DNA of 63,286 nucleotides, the filler included. It is 7 parts of 7 records of this genome, joined end to end, with 100 filler letters (N's around TTAATTAATTAA, not from the genome) between each part and the next. Parts side by side here need not be neighbours in the genome. Positions count along the whole stretch, not along the records: positions 15,912 to 21,724 come from SRR31156797_28181; positions 21,825 to 33,142 come from SRR31156797_28182; 5 more parts are not named here. One strand, written 5' to 3'. Shown here piece after piece: positions 18,625 through 27,987 of this stretch. A program made the translations under genes and the position numbers. The notes beneath the pieces were generated by a model. That model did no database searches. It saw only the letters and a program-made list of their open reading frames with translations, and had not been told where the DNA came from. Positions within the stretch are counted from its first letter, which is position 1. The number at the start of each line of letters is the position of its first letter.

Positions 18625-20742
18625 TTACCACTTCCTGCCAAGGTCGAGCGGAGAGTTGCGGCGCATCATGATCTGCTTGGTGTCTTCGTCTGCGGAAAAG
18701 CGCTGGTACACGCCCAGTGCCCACATGGGGAAATACTGGGAGTAACCGTGGTAACGCAGGTAGAATACGCGAGGGAATCCGGTTCCGGTAAACAGGGTTT
18801 CGTCCCAGCTGCCGTCTTCCTTCTGGGTGTCCAGCAGGTAGCGGACACCGCGGCTGACAGCCTTGGAGTGTACCCGTCCGGCAGCCATGAGTCCAAGCAG
18901 CGCCCATGAGGTCTGTGAGGCTGTGGAGTCGCCCAGTCCGGCGTAGTTTTTGTCGTTGTAGCTCAGGCAGGATTCGCCCCAGCCGCCGTCTTTGTTCTGG
19001 TGGTTTTCAAACCATTCAACTGCTTTGCTGACGTAAGAGGAGTTCATGTCCTCACCAGCCTGACGCAGGCCGCAAAGTACGGACCATGTTCCATAAATAT
19101 AGTTAACGCCCCAGCGGCCAAACCATGAGCCGTCGTCTTCCTGTTCCTTTTTCAGGAAATCGATACCGTCCTTGATGGGGCGGAAGCTCTTGTCGTAGCC
19201 GATTACGCCAAGCAACTCGATGACACGTGCGGTCAGGTCCGAGGTAGGCGGATCGAGCAGCGCACCGTGGTCCGCAAAGGGAATGTCGTTCAGGTACTCG
19301 GCGCAGTTGTCGATGTCGAATGCTGCCCAGCCGCCGTTGGAGGACTGCATGCCGATGAGCCAGTTTACGCCCTTGACGAAGTTTTCGCGGTGTTCAGGCT
19401 GATCCAGAACCCCGGCACGGCACATGGCCATGAGCACCATGGCGGTGTCATCAAGGTCCGGGTAGAAGGTGTTTTCGAACTGGAAAGCCCAGCCGCCGCC
19501 CTCGAGTTTGGGTGCTTTGGAAATCCAATCACCACGGAAGAAAATCTGCTGATCCCAAAGCCAGTTCAGAGCTTGTTGAGTGCTCTTACTGTCATGATTT
19601 TCTCCAGCTTCCATCATGGCCGAAAGGGTCAGGCAGGTATCCCAGATAGGGGAGTTGCAGGGCTGGCACATGGCCTGCTCAAGGTTCTCCGCGCTGCCAT
19701 GGTTGGGGGAAATATCCAGTTCCGGTGCAGCAGAAAGCTCAGCCCCACCTGTGATTACAGTGTGTTCCCATGGTGATTTTTCCGGTACGTGGAATTTATC
19801 AACCATAAGATCGTCCACAGACTGCATACCCCGGGCAAAATCCGGGTCTGATTCATCATATCCGAGCAGGCTCAGGGCCATGACAGCATTGGCCATTGCC
19901 GGGAAAATTGCACCGATGCCGCCGCGTCCAGCCATGTGTTCGCGGGTCCAATTTTCCGCATAGTTCAGTGCCTTCTTATTGATGGACTTGGGCACCAGAT
20001 GAATGGTCCGTTTGAGTATACGGTCCAGCAGGATGAAAAGGTTTTTGCGCCAGCCTTTGTCGCGGAACTTATCTACATGGATATGTTCTTCTGCAGGCTT
20101 GCAGAAAAGTTCGGGCACTGCTTCTTCAGGACGCAAACGGCAGACCGGCTGCTTGGCATAGATGATCAGCAGCGGATAGATGACTGAGCGGGACCAGTAG
20201 GAAACCTTATCCAGATGGAAAAAGAACCATTTGGGCAGCAGCACGATTTCAATAGGCATTGCCGGGGGGCAGTGCCAAGGAATCTGGCCGAAGGTGGCAA
20301 GGCAGATACGGGTGAAGACGTTTGCAGTCTCAGCGCCGCCCTTGGCAAGGATGATCTGGCGTGCGCGAACCATGTGTTCTGCGTCCTTGTTGTCACCAAG
20401 CATCTTGAGGGCCATGTATGCCTTTACGGATGCGCTAATATTGATGGGGCCGTCGTCGTCATGCAGGGGCCAGCCGCCATCGGGCATCTGTTTGGAGCGG
20501 ATGTAGTTGCCAAGTCTTTCAGCAAGGCCTTTATCCATTTTGCGGCCCAGAAATCTGTTGAACATGATGTATTCGGAAGGGATGGTCACATCCGCTTCAA
20601 GGGCGAAAACCCAGTATCCTTCGGGGGATTGTAGGGAGCGGAACCTTTTCATTACCCGGTTTAGGGCATCCTTAGGCTGCAGCAGTGAGACAACGTGATT
20701 TTTGGCCTTTTTATTCAGTTTCATGGCGCTTTTTTTGTTCAT
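18625..20742 (-). CDS. shc: Squalene-hopene cyclase
   Basis: Catalytic DLDDTA (DxDD), several QxxDGxW repeats, WFGRWGVNYIYGT, TGTGFPRVFYLRY. Confidence 0.95.
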   Translation of the reverse strand: MNKKSAMKLNKKAKNHVVSLLQPKDALNRVMKRFRSLQSPEGYWVFALEADVTIPSEYIMFNRFLGRKMDKGLAERLGNYIRSKQMPDGGWPLHDDDGPINISASVKAYMALKMLGDNKDAEHMVRARQIILAKGGAETANVFTRICLATFGQIPWHCPPAMPIEIVLLPKWFFFHLDKVSYWSRSVIYPLLIIYAKQPVCRLRPEEAVPELFCKPAEEHIHVDKFRDKGWRKNLFILLDRILKRTIHLVPKSINKKALNYAENWTREHMAGRGGIGAIFPAMANAVMALSLLGYDESDPDFARGMQSVDDLMVDKFHVPEKSPWEHTVITGGAELSAAPELDISPNHGSAENLEQAMCQPCNSPIWDTCLTLSAMMEAGENHDSKSTQQALNWLWDQQIFFRGDWISKAPKLEGGGWAFQFENTFYPDLDDTAMVLMAMCRAGVLDQPEHRENFVKGVNWLIGMQSSNGGWAAFDIDNCAEYLNDIPFADHGALLDPPTSDLTARVIELLGVIGYDKSFRPIKDGIDFLKKEQEDDGSWFGRWGVNYIYGTWSVLCGLRQAGEDMNSSYVSKAVEWFENHQNKDGGWGESCLSYNDKNYAGLGDSTASQTSWALLGLMAAGRVHSKAVSRGVRYLLDTQKEDGSWDETLFTGTGFPRVFYLRYHGYSQYFPMWALGVYQRFSADEDTKQIMMRRNSPLDLGRKW

Positions 20743-20814
20743 GTTGAAGTTCCTTGTATAAACGGATTATTTTATCCGACCCGTGCGAAAAAAAGATTTG
20801 TTCGATTATAGTAA

Positions 20815-21423
20815 TCAGCCGATGGCGTCAACAGCGGAGTCTATTACCTGCGCTTTTAACCTGTCCAGTGGACCCCACTCAAAAGTAGGGTAGGTGATCA
20901 AAAGGGAAGTAAGTCCGTGGGTGGCTGCCACTACCGAGTTTGCGGTAACCAGAATATCTTCATTGGATGCGTCGGCCGGCAGGCAGTCCTTAACACATTT
21001 ATTAATGCGGTTGTACATGGTCTTGCCCAGCGGATTATCCTGAAAATGTGAGTTGTGGTCCTTCCAGAGGTCGCTTTCCATCATGAAGCCAACCCTGTAG
21101 GCATTGGGGTTCTCAAGGCCCATATCCACAAGAGTGTAGAGTATATCTTTCAGAGCTTCACGCGGGGGAGGCGTGGTCGCTATTATGCGATTGATACGGT
21201 GCAGGAAGTCCCGGTAAGTCTCTTCGGTCAGGCAGAGGAAGAGTTCTTTTTTATCCTTAAAATGATGATAGATGGTAGTTGGCGAATAGCCGATAGTGGT
21301 AGCCAGCTTACGCATGGAAACCTGCGCGTACCCGTGCTCGGCAAAGAGCTTGCGGGCGGCATCCAATATCAGCATACGCAAGGGCTGCTGCGGCGCATCC
21401 AATGTTTTTGAAGTAGTATTCAT
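20815..21423 (-). CDS. TetR/AcrR family transcriptional regulator
   Basis: ILDAARKLFAEHGY..SMRKLA..YSPTTIYHHFKDK HTH; ATG 21423 with AGGAG. Confidence 0.9.
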   Translation of the reverse strand: MNTTSKTLDAPQQPLRMLILDAARKLFAEHGYAQVSMRKLATTIGYSPTTIYHHFKDKKELFLCLTEETYRDFLHRINRIIATTPPPREALKDILYTLVDMGLENPNAYRVGFMMESDLWKDHNSHFQDNPLGKTMYNRINKCVKDCLPADASNEDILVTANSVVAATHGLTSLLITYPTFEWGPLDRLKAQVIDSAVDAIG

Positions 21424-21438
21424 CGTTGATTCTCCTGC

Positions 21439-21455
21439 GCTTAACAGTGTTAAGC
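21439..21455. promoter_or_regulatory. Candidate TetR operator
   Basis: Perfect 8-1-8 palindrome GCTTAACA-G-TGTTAAGC between a TTGACA (minus strand, 21487-21492) and the tetR RBS. Confidence 0.65.
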
Positions 21456-21592
21456 TGAGAAGCGTTCTGGCATGAATGTATGCGCCTGTCAACAAAATGT
21501 GATCGTGATTATAAATTTTTCGCAGGGAATTGTGAAACGGGGTGTTTTAATCAGATTGTATGGAAAAATAAGGATAAAGGTGAAAAAAGGAC

Positions 21593-21621
21593 TTGCAATC
21601 GAAAACCGCTTTGGATATTAA
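21593..21621 (+). promoter_or_regulatory. Sigma-70 promoter for the tRNA
   Basis: TTGCAA-N17-TATTAA upstream of the tRNA. Confidence 0.5.
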
Positions 21622-21677
21622 TTCTCGCCTCGGACGGAGAAATGCGCTAAAATTCTCCAGCCGTTTCCATATAAAGT

Positions 21678-21724
21678 GGCCCCGTAGCTCAGTCGGATAG
21701 AGCACAGGATTCCTAATCCTGGTG
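21678..21724 (+). tRNA. tRNA-Arg (anticodon CCT), 3' truncated by the contig end
   Basis: GGCCCCG-TAGCTCAGTCGGATAGAGC D-arm; anticodon arm CAGGA-TTCCTAA-TCCTG. Confidence 0.9.
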
Positions 21725-21824
21725 NNNNNNNNNNNNNNNNNNNNNNNNNNNNNNNNNNNNNNNNNNNNTTAATTAATTAANNNNNNNNNNNNNNNNNNNN
21801 NNNNNNNNNNNNNNNNNNNNNNNN
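21725..21824. other. Artificial contig linker
   Basis: N-run with TTAATTAATTAA. Confidence 0.97.
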
Positions 21825-23027
21825 GTACAGAAAATGGGGATTGATCTGGGACTGGAGGATCCGGAACTCCAGGTCTGATTTTTTCTTCTGCTCATCCAGA
21901 GTTTTTTCCATCAGCTCCGAAATCCTGTGAACCATATGGTTGAAAGAACTGGCCAGTTCCCCTATCTCGTCATCTCCCCCGATCCTGGCCTGGACATTCA
22001 GATTTCCGGTCTGAACCTTTTTAATGGTGTCGTTCAGCTCAACAATGGGGGTGGTTATGGAAACCGACAGATAGTAGGAAATCAGAAAGGAAATGACGAT
22101 GAAGAAGATCCAGAGAACTACGGCCAGCTGGGTCAGTTGCCTTACGGCGGTATAGATTCGATCCTTGGAGATGATCCTGATCATGGTCCAGTCGCTATGG
22201 GCGATCCTGTTGGACAGCATAATGCTTTCCTTTCCGAAGACCTTGCCGTCAATGGAGCTGTCGTGTTCGAGGAGGTCGGGATACTCTCTCACCACATGCT
22301 CAAGGGAGGTATTGAAGGGGAAGGTGAAGATCGTATCCCCCTCCTTGTTGATCACCAGGGTCTTTTCTTCATCCTGCTGCAGGGATGAGAAGCTGAAAAG
22401 CTCCCTCAGATAGGTGTAGTTCAGATCAATGACGATCATGCCGAGCCCCAGATCCTCGGGGTATTGGAATATGGGCCTGATAAAAGAGATCACGTTCAAG
22501 TCGAAAAAAGGCAGGTAATTGATAATGGGTTCGCCGTTGATGTACTCCTTCCTCTTCTTCTGTTTCCTGATGAACTCTCCGAAGCGGGCTTCCACGGCGT
22601 TCTGATCGGTATTCCAATATCCGGAGAAGAACTCGCCGTCGCTTCCCAGGATGTATATGTTATCGATATACTCATGGACGCTGATGATGCTTCTCAGCAT
22701 ATTGTCGATTTCGTTCTTCTGAAAGAAATAGTGCTCTTCCTCGGGAGACTCGATCGATCTCAAACCGTCCAGAAGGGATTGATTGGTGGCCAGCAGAGAC
22801 GCCGTGTTGCTAGTCATATTCAAGAGGAATTCTATGCTCTGCTTGGCTTCGTTTGTGCTGTTGACCGCATGGTCCCTCAGAGAGTTCACATAGTTCTTGA
22901 AGAAAACGTTCTCAATAAGAAAAAAAGCCGTAAAGGTAAATGTGAGCGTAAAGATGAGAAAGTAAGTGAAAATCCTTTTCTGCAGGCTTTTCTTTTTTTT
23001 GAACAGACTGAATACCGATTCTTTCAA
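21825..23027 (-). CDS. YesM/LytS-type sensor histidine kinase (Cache + HAMP), 3' partial
   Basis: Two TM helices, HAMP DEIGELASSFN, H-box LQSQINPHFLY. Confidence 0.9.
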
Positions 23028-23034
23028 TGTCTTT

Positions 23035-24627
23035 TCATCTTTCTCTGTAATGTTTGTTCCGATAGTCTTTGCAGGTTTCGCCGGTGACCTCTTTGAAGAC
23101 CTTGCTGAAGTAATAGGGGCTGTCGAAACCGACCCTGTCCGCTATCTCATATATCTTCAGATTCGTTCCGGCCAGCATCTCCCGGGCGTGATCTATGCGC
23201 GTATTGGTCAGGTAATGGCTGAAATTCTCACCCAGCTCCTGCTTAAACAAAAAGCTGAGATAGCTCCTGCTCACGCTTGCGTTCTGCGCCAGGTTACTGA
23301 GGGAGATGTTCTGATTGTAATGGGAGTTGATGTAGGCGATGGATTTTTTGATGATATAGGAGTTTTCAACCGAATGCTCGTCCGAAGGGGAGTTCAGGAG
23401 CGTATTAAACACATTCACGATGTGCATTTTCACCGCCTCTATATCGTAGAGGCTGTAAAAATGATCCTTCTTCAATCCCGATTCGCCGAAGAGGCCGGCT
23501 GGCACGGTCAGGTGGTTGTCAGAAAGATAGGACTGGGCCAGGTCAATGAAATGATCGTAGTTCTCTTTGAGATAGTCGAAGTCCTTCAACCGCGCGGCTT
23601 CTCCGCAAATCATATCGATGTACCGCCCCAGCTCATCGTAGCGGGAGCTCTTCAGAAACCCTTCGACCCGGTTCCAGTCCACCTGCACCTTCTCCGATAC
23701 GGGACGAGAGCCAGTCTCACGGTACTGAGAGATATGGTTCCCTTCGAAAAAAGCCCTCTTTCCCGCCTCGTAGGCCTGCCGGTAGAGATCACGGCATCCG
23801 CTTATATCCGAAACGGGCCTGCTGATTCCGATCAGGAGATAGTAATTCAGAAACTTCTTCAGGTTGATCTTCAGAAGGTTCATGAAGTGGGTGATCCGCT
23901 CCCCCAAGCCGTCGGGGTGGTCCGCGGGATCAAAGTTGAAGAGGTAAAGGATCTGATTCTTATGAACCCGGCGAACGACAGGAAAAGGATTCTCCGAAAG
24001 GACCTGCCGGGACACCTCGTCAATGATCTGTTTCTGCTTGTCATCGAGCTGGTCATTATCATTGATATTCAGATTGATGGAGATCAGGGCCAGCTGAAAA
24101 CCCTTGAAACGGAAATGCCTGCTGATCCGGGCATAGCCCCCGGAGCCGGGAGAGAGATCGACGGAACTGTTGAACAATAGATCGGCATACAGGCCGTCAA
24201 CATCATCATCCGCCGGGACCGGGTCGGGATAGCTCCGGGCGGAGGGCGAATGGGGAAGGTGTTTCTCCGCGAGCTTCAGCACGTTCAGAAGGCGCTCCGA
24301 GGTCAGATTCGATTTTACGATATAATCGCGGACCCCCAGGGTAACCGCTTCGCGGGCATAATGAAAGTCCTCGTAATGGGTGAGTATGATAGACTGGATG
24401 CGGGGATTCCGGGTTCTCAGATACCGGATCAGTTCCAGGCCGTTCTGGCCGGGCATATTGATATCCGTCAGAAGGATATCCGGAAAGTGTTTCTCGAAAA
24501 GCTCTATCGCTTCCTTGGCATTCTTAGCCTCTCCCACAAGAGTGTAACCGTGTTTTTCCCAGTCCAGAGTCGACTTCAGCCCGATACGGACAAGAAGCTC
24601 ATCATCCACAATGAGTATTTTAATCAA
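23035..24627 (-). CDS. YesN-type response regulator (REC + AraC HTH)
   Basis: ILIVDDE, LLTDINMP; C-terminal YLSFLFKQELG..IYEIADRVGFDSPYYFSKVFK. TTG 24627 with GAGGA is preferred to ATG 24660. Confidence 0.9.
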   Translation of the reverse strand: MIKILIVDDELLVRIGLKSTLDWEKHGYTLVGEAKNAKEAIELFEKHFPDILLTDINMPGQNGLELIRYLRTRNPRIQSIILTHYEDFHYAREAVTLGVRDYIVKSNLTSERLLNVLKLAEKHLPHSPSARSYPDPVPADDDVDGLYADLLFNSSVDLSPGSGGYARISRHFRFKGFQLALISINLNINDNDQLDDKQKQIIDEVSRQVLSENPFPVVRRVHKNQILYLFNFDPADHPDGLGERITHFMNLLKINLKKFLNYYLLIGISRPVSDISGCRDLYRQAYEAGKRAFFEGNHISQYRETGSRPVSEKVQVDWNRVEGFLKSSRYDELGRYIDMICGEAARLKDFDYLKENYDHFIDLAQSYLSDNHLTVPAGLFGESGLKKDHFYSLYDIEAVKMHIVNVFNTLLNSPSDEHSVENSYIIKKSIAYINSHYNQNISLSNLAQNASVSRSYLSFLFKQELGENFSHYLTNTRIDHAREMLAGTNLKIYEIADRVGFDSPYYFSKVFKEVTGETCKDYRNKHYRER

Positions 24628-24737
24628 ATCAGTTTTCCTCAATGTTTGTATGCCGTACAAAACATGACAATTTTACCATTGAAAACAGGATCCCTCAACG
24701 GAATCCTGTTATTACCTTTGTGTGCAACGAATAGCGT

Positions 24738-25382
24738 CTACCCGATCATCTTCTTTATGGTCTGTCCCATGCTCTCTATAATGAGGAAGCAGGAGACCGA
24801 GCCGGCGTCCAGGACGCCCCGGGACCGCTCTCCCAGCCGGGCGGAACGTCCGATTTTCGCCACCATGTCCTTTGTGGACTCCATGCCGGCCCGGGCGGCA
24901 TCGGTCATCTCGTCCAGACAAACGGCAAAGGGCTTGCCCTGTTCCACAGCCCTTTTCAGGGCGTTCACGCCGGGAATCATGGCATCCATCATGGTTTTGT
25001 CGCCCTGACTGGCCGACCCGATGGAGCGGACCGCTTCCAGAGCCTCCTGGAAGGAGGCGAGGTACGCTTCCTTATCCACATCGTCCCTGCCGCCGCAGCC
25101 CTCTCCCAGCTCCATGAAGACGCTGCCGTAGATGGGCCCCATAGAGCCGCCGATCTCCGAAAGGAGCACATCCCCCAGCAGGTTCATGGCCTCCGAGTAG
25201 CTCATCCGGCTTCCTTCGAGCCTCTGGCCTGTGAGGGCAAAACCCTTTTGCATATTGATGCCGTGATCGCCGTCGCCGATCTGTCCGTCCACCTCCGTCA
25301 GATAATCCACATTCGACTTGATGCATTCCACCAGGTCGCTGACGATCCGCATGCCTTCGCTGTTTTTAAAAGTATCCGCCAT
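24738..25382 (-). CDS. dhaL: Dihydroxyacetone/erythrulose kinase subunit L
   Basis: DGQIGDGDHGINM, GGSMGPIYG, GDKTMMDA, GRSARLGERS. Confidence 0.9.
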   Translation of the reverse strand: MADTFKNSEGMRIVSDLVECIKSNVDYLTEVDGQIGDGDHGINMQKGFALTGQRLEGSRMSYSEAMNLLGDVLLSEIGGSMGPIYGSVFMELGEGCGGRDDVDKEAYLASFQEALEAVRSIGSASQGDKTMMDAMIPGVNALKRAVEQGKPFAVCLDEMTDAARAGMESTKDMVAKIGRSARLGERSRGVLDAGSVSCFLIIESMGQTIKKMIG

Positions 25383-25406
25383 CTTCGCTGCCTCCTCCGG
25401 TCCTTT

Positions 25407-26411
25407 CTACTGAGCGAACTGCTTCAGACCCATCGTATCGATTTCCAGATCCATAAGGGTCTTCAGCTCTTCATCCAGCTTCATGACCGTAATGGAAGCG
25501 CCCATCATATCGAGGGAGGTAAAGAGGTTGCCCACATAGGAGCGGTAAACGGAGATGCCCTTTTCCATAAGGATCTCTTCCACCCTGTTATACAGAATGT
25601 ACTGTTCCATAACCGGGGTGGCCCCCAGACCGGAGAGGAGAACGACCACCTCATTCCCTTTTTCGAAGGGGAGATCGGGAAGGATCACATCCATCATGGC
25701 CTGAGCGATCTCATCGGCCGTTTTCAGATCCTCCACCTTGATACCGGGCTCGCCGTGGTGGCCTATCCCCACCTCCATCTTTCCCTCTTCGATACTGAAG
25801 TTGGGATGTCCCACGGCCGGGATGGTACAGGAAGTCAGGCCGATTCCCACGCTGCGTGTGTTGTCTATGGCCTTTTGCGCGGAGGCGATCACCTCATCCA
25901 GAGAGCCCCCCAGGGTAGCCCTGGCGGAACCGGCTTTCCACATCAGGATCTCCCCCGCCACGCCGCGCCTTTTCTCCCGTTCCGTCCCGGGAGCGGACGC
26001 GGCGTCGTCATTGGCGACGACGGTTTTAACGTTTATGCCCTCTTTCTTTGCCATCCGGATGGCCATCTTCACATTCATATTGTCTCCGGCGTAGTTGCCG
26101 TACAGACAGGCCACCCCTTCGCCCGAATCCGCCTCTTTCATGGCATGGTAGAAGGCCTTGGCGGTAGGAGACGCGAATACCTCGCCGACGGCAACGGCAT
26201 CGACCATGTTCTTCCCCACATAGCCCACGAACGCCGGCTTATGGCCGGAGCCTCCGCCGGTGACGATTCCGACCTTGCCCGCCTGGGGCGCCTCCTTGTA
26301 TTTGATAACCCTTTCATGCTCTGTCGGGCTGACGAGGTCCCTATGATTCTTCAGAAATCCCTTCAGCATATCCTCTACCACCTGATTGGGATCATTGACT
26401 ATCCTCTGCAT
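25407..26411 (-). CDS. dhaK: Dihydroxyacetone/erythrulose kinase subunit K
   Basis: GGGSGHKPAF, GEVFASP, NYAGD, GIGHHGEPG, SGLGATP. Confidence 0.92.
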   Translation of the reverse strand: MQRIVNDPNQVVEDMLKGFLKNHRDLVSPTEHERVIKYKEAPQAGKVGIVTGGGSGHKPAFVGYVGKNMVDAVAVGEVFASPTAKAFYHAMKEADSGEGVACLYGNYAGDNMNVKMAIRMAKKEGINVKTVVANDDAASAPGTEREKRRGVAGEILMWKAGSARATLGGSLDEVIASAQKAIDNTRSVGIGLTSCTIPAVGHPNFSIEEGKMEVGIGHHGEPGIKVEDLKTADEIAQAMMDVILPDLPFEKGNEVVVLLSGLGATPVMEQYILYNRVEEILMEKGISVYRSYVGNLFTSLDMMGASITVMKLDEELKTLMDLEIDTMGLKQFAQ

Positions 26412-26445
26412 CTTGTCCTCCTCTTATTCGCTCTTATCGATTTTT

Positions 26446-26895
26446 CTATTTGTGCAGTTCCCGTTCCCAGGACATGATCTTATCCACCTTGGGAGCGGAG
26501 CCGCCTCCCTGGAATTCCGATTCCAGCCAGATATCGACCAGATTCTTTGCCAGCTCCAGTCCGATGACCCGGGCTCCCATGGTCATAATCTGGGCGTTGT
26601 TGCTTTTTCTGGCCCTCTGAGCCGAAAAGGAGTCATGACAGGTGGCCGCCCGGATTCCGGGGACCTTGTTGGCGGCTATGGCCATACCGATGCCGGTACC
26701 GCACATCAGGATCCCCCTTTCGTATTCGCCGTCCGCAACGGCGCAGCCCACGGCAACGGCCGTATCCGGATAGAGCACCGGATTCAGATCATAGACTCCG
26801 AAATCCTTAACCGTATGGCCCAGGCTCTCCAGGTATTCCCTGATCGTATTCTTCATATCGAAGGCGGCCTCATCACTGCCCACTGCAATTCTCAT
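26446..26895 (-). CDS. rpiB: RpiB/LacAB-family sugar-phosphate isomerase (possibly erythrulose-4-phosphate isomerase)
   Basis: MRIAVGSD, CGTGIGMAIAANKVPGIRA, ARKSNNAQ; true start ATG 26895. Confidence 0.9.
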   Translation of the reverse strand: MRIAVGSDEAAFDMKNTIREYLESLGHTVKDFGVYDLNPVLYPDTAVAVGCAVADGEYERGILMCGTGIGMAIAANKVPGIRAATCHDSFSAQRARKSNNAQIMTMGARVIGLELAKNLVDIWLESEFQGGGSAPKVDKIMSWERELHK

Positions 26896-26920
26896 GTTCT
26901 TTCCCCTTTCGTCTTTTCGT

Positions 26921-27895
26921 TCAAACCGGAATACTGAGGGCCGTGTTTCGCGCGAAGTCCTGCAGATGATCCCAGTCGATGATGCCCGCGTCCGATCCCA
27001 GGCCCGAGATGACGAGGGCTCCGCAGGCGCTGCCCATCTCGGCGCTTTCCTCCAGGGATCTCCCTTCCGAAAGGGATTTGATAAATCCCGCGCAGAAGGA
27101 GTCGCCGCAACCGGTCGAATCGACAACGGTGGTCTCAAAACAGGGGATGTGGATCTCCTTGAGAGCCCCCTCCTCCAGCCAGGCGATGAAGGTCCCGTTT
27201 GCGCCGTTCTTAAAGACCGTATGGCCGCAGCCCTTCTCCAGGTAGTACATGTGGATGTCCTCCCTCTTCGTTAGGCCGCACATCATCTCAGCCTCCTCCA
27301 GGCCGGGCATAAAGTAATCCACAAAGGGCAGGCTGGGCTCCAATATGGCTTTGAAGTCCATGCCGTCCATGGCGATCAGATCAAAGGTGGTCACCACTCC
27401 ATGGTTTCTGGCGAACTCCAGGATCTGCCGCGTCGGCTCACCGTCAAGCGCCGGCATAAGGCCCGTACCTCCGAAGTGGAGGTAATCGGCGTCGACGATC
27501 TTCTCCAGATCCACATCCTCCAGGGAATACAGGGCGTTGGCCCCGGGAACATGGAGGGCGGGCCGGTCGCCGTTGGGACGGATCAGAAGCATGGACATGG
27601 AGGTCTGGGCTTCTGATTTCCTTACCAGCCCGGAGGTATCGATCCCGTAGGATCCCATCGTATTGATAACGAAGTCGCCGATCTTGTCGCTTCCTACGGC
27701 TCCCAACGCGTAAACATCCAGTCCCAGTTTCGCCATATCCACACTGGCTCCCGCGGCGGTTCCCGCAACAGTCATCCTGGTCTCATCCAGAATGGCCAGA
27801 TTCTGTCCTTCGGGAATACCCGATACGGGTCTTCCCAGGACATCACAGATATGAAGGCCAAGGCTCACGACTTTTGTTCTTCCCGCTACGCTCAT
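26921..27895 (-). CDS. PfkB-family carbohydrate kinase
   Basis: AGTAAG, GAVGSDKIG, VVDSTGCGDSF signature. Confidence 0.9.
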   Translation of the reverse strand: MSVAGRTKVVSLGLHICDVLGRPVSGIPEGQNLAILDETRMTVAGTAAGASVDMAKLGLDVYALGAVGSDKIGDFVINTMGSYGIDTSGLVRKSEAQTSMSMLLIRPNGDRPALHVPGANALYSLEDVDLEKIVDADYLHFGGTGLMPALDGEPTRQILEFARNHGVVTTFDLIAMDGMDFKAILEPSLPFVDYFMPGLEEAEMMCGLTKREDIHMYYLEKGCGHTVFKNGANGTFIAWLEEGALKEIHIPCFETTVVDSTGCGDSFCAGFIKSLSEGRSLEESAEMGSACGALVISGLGSDAGIIDWDHLQDFARNTALSIPV

Positions 27896-27987
27896 CTGCT
27901 CCTGCCTTTCTTCCCTTTGATGATGCCGGGGACTTCCCCGGCATATTAATTAATTCGATTGTCATTCGGACCGATGCCGGTTTCCGG

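Noticed and set aside
18620-18907. N-terminal extension of the thioesterase overlapping shc
   Set aside because: The thioesterase fold begins at ATG 18619; the extension is an alternative frame of the shc 3' end.
26896-27138. N-terminal extension of RpiB overlapping the PfkB gene
   Set aside because: The canonical RpiB start MRIAVGSD is at 26895 with a purine-rich RBS.
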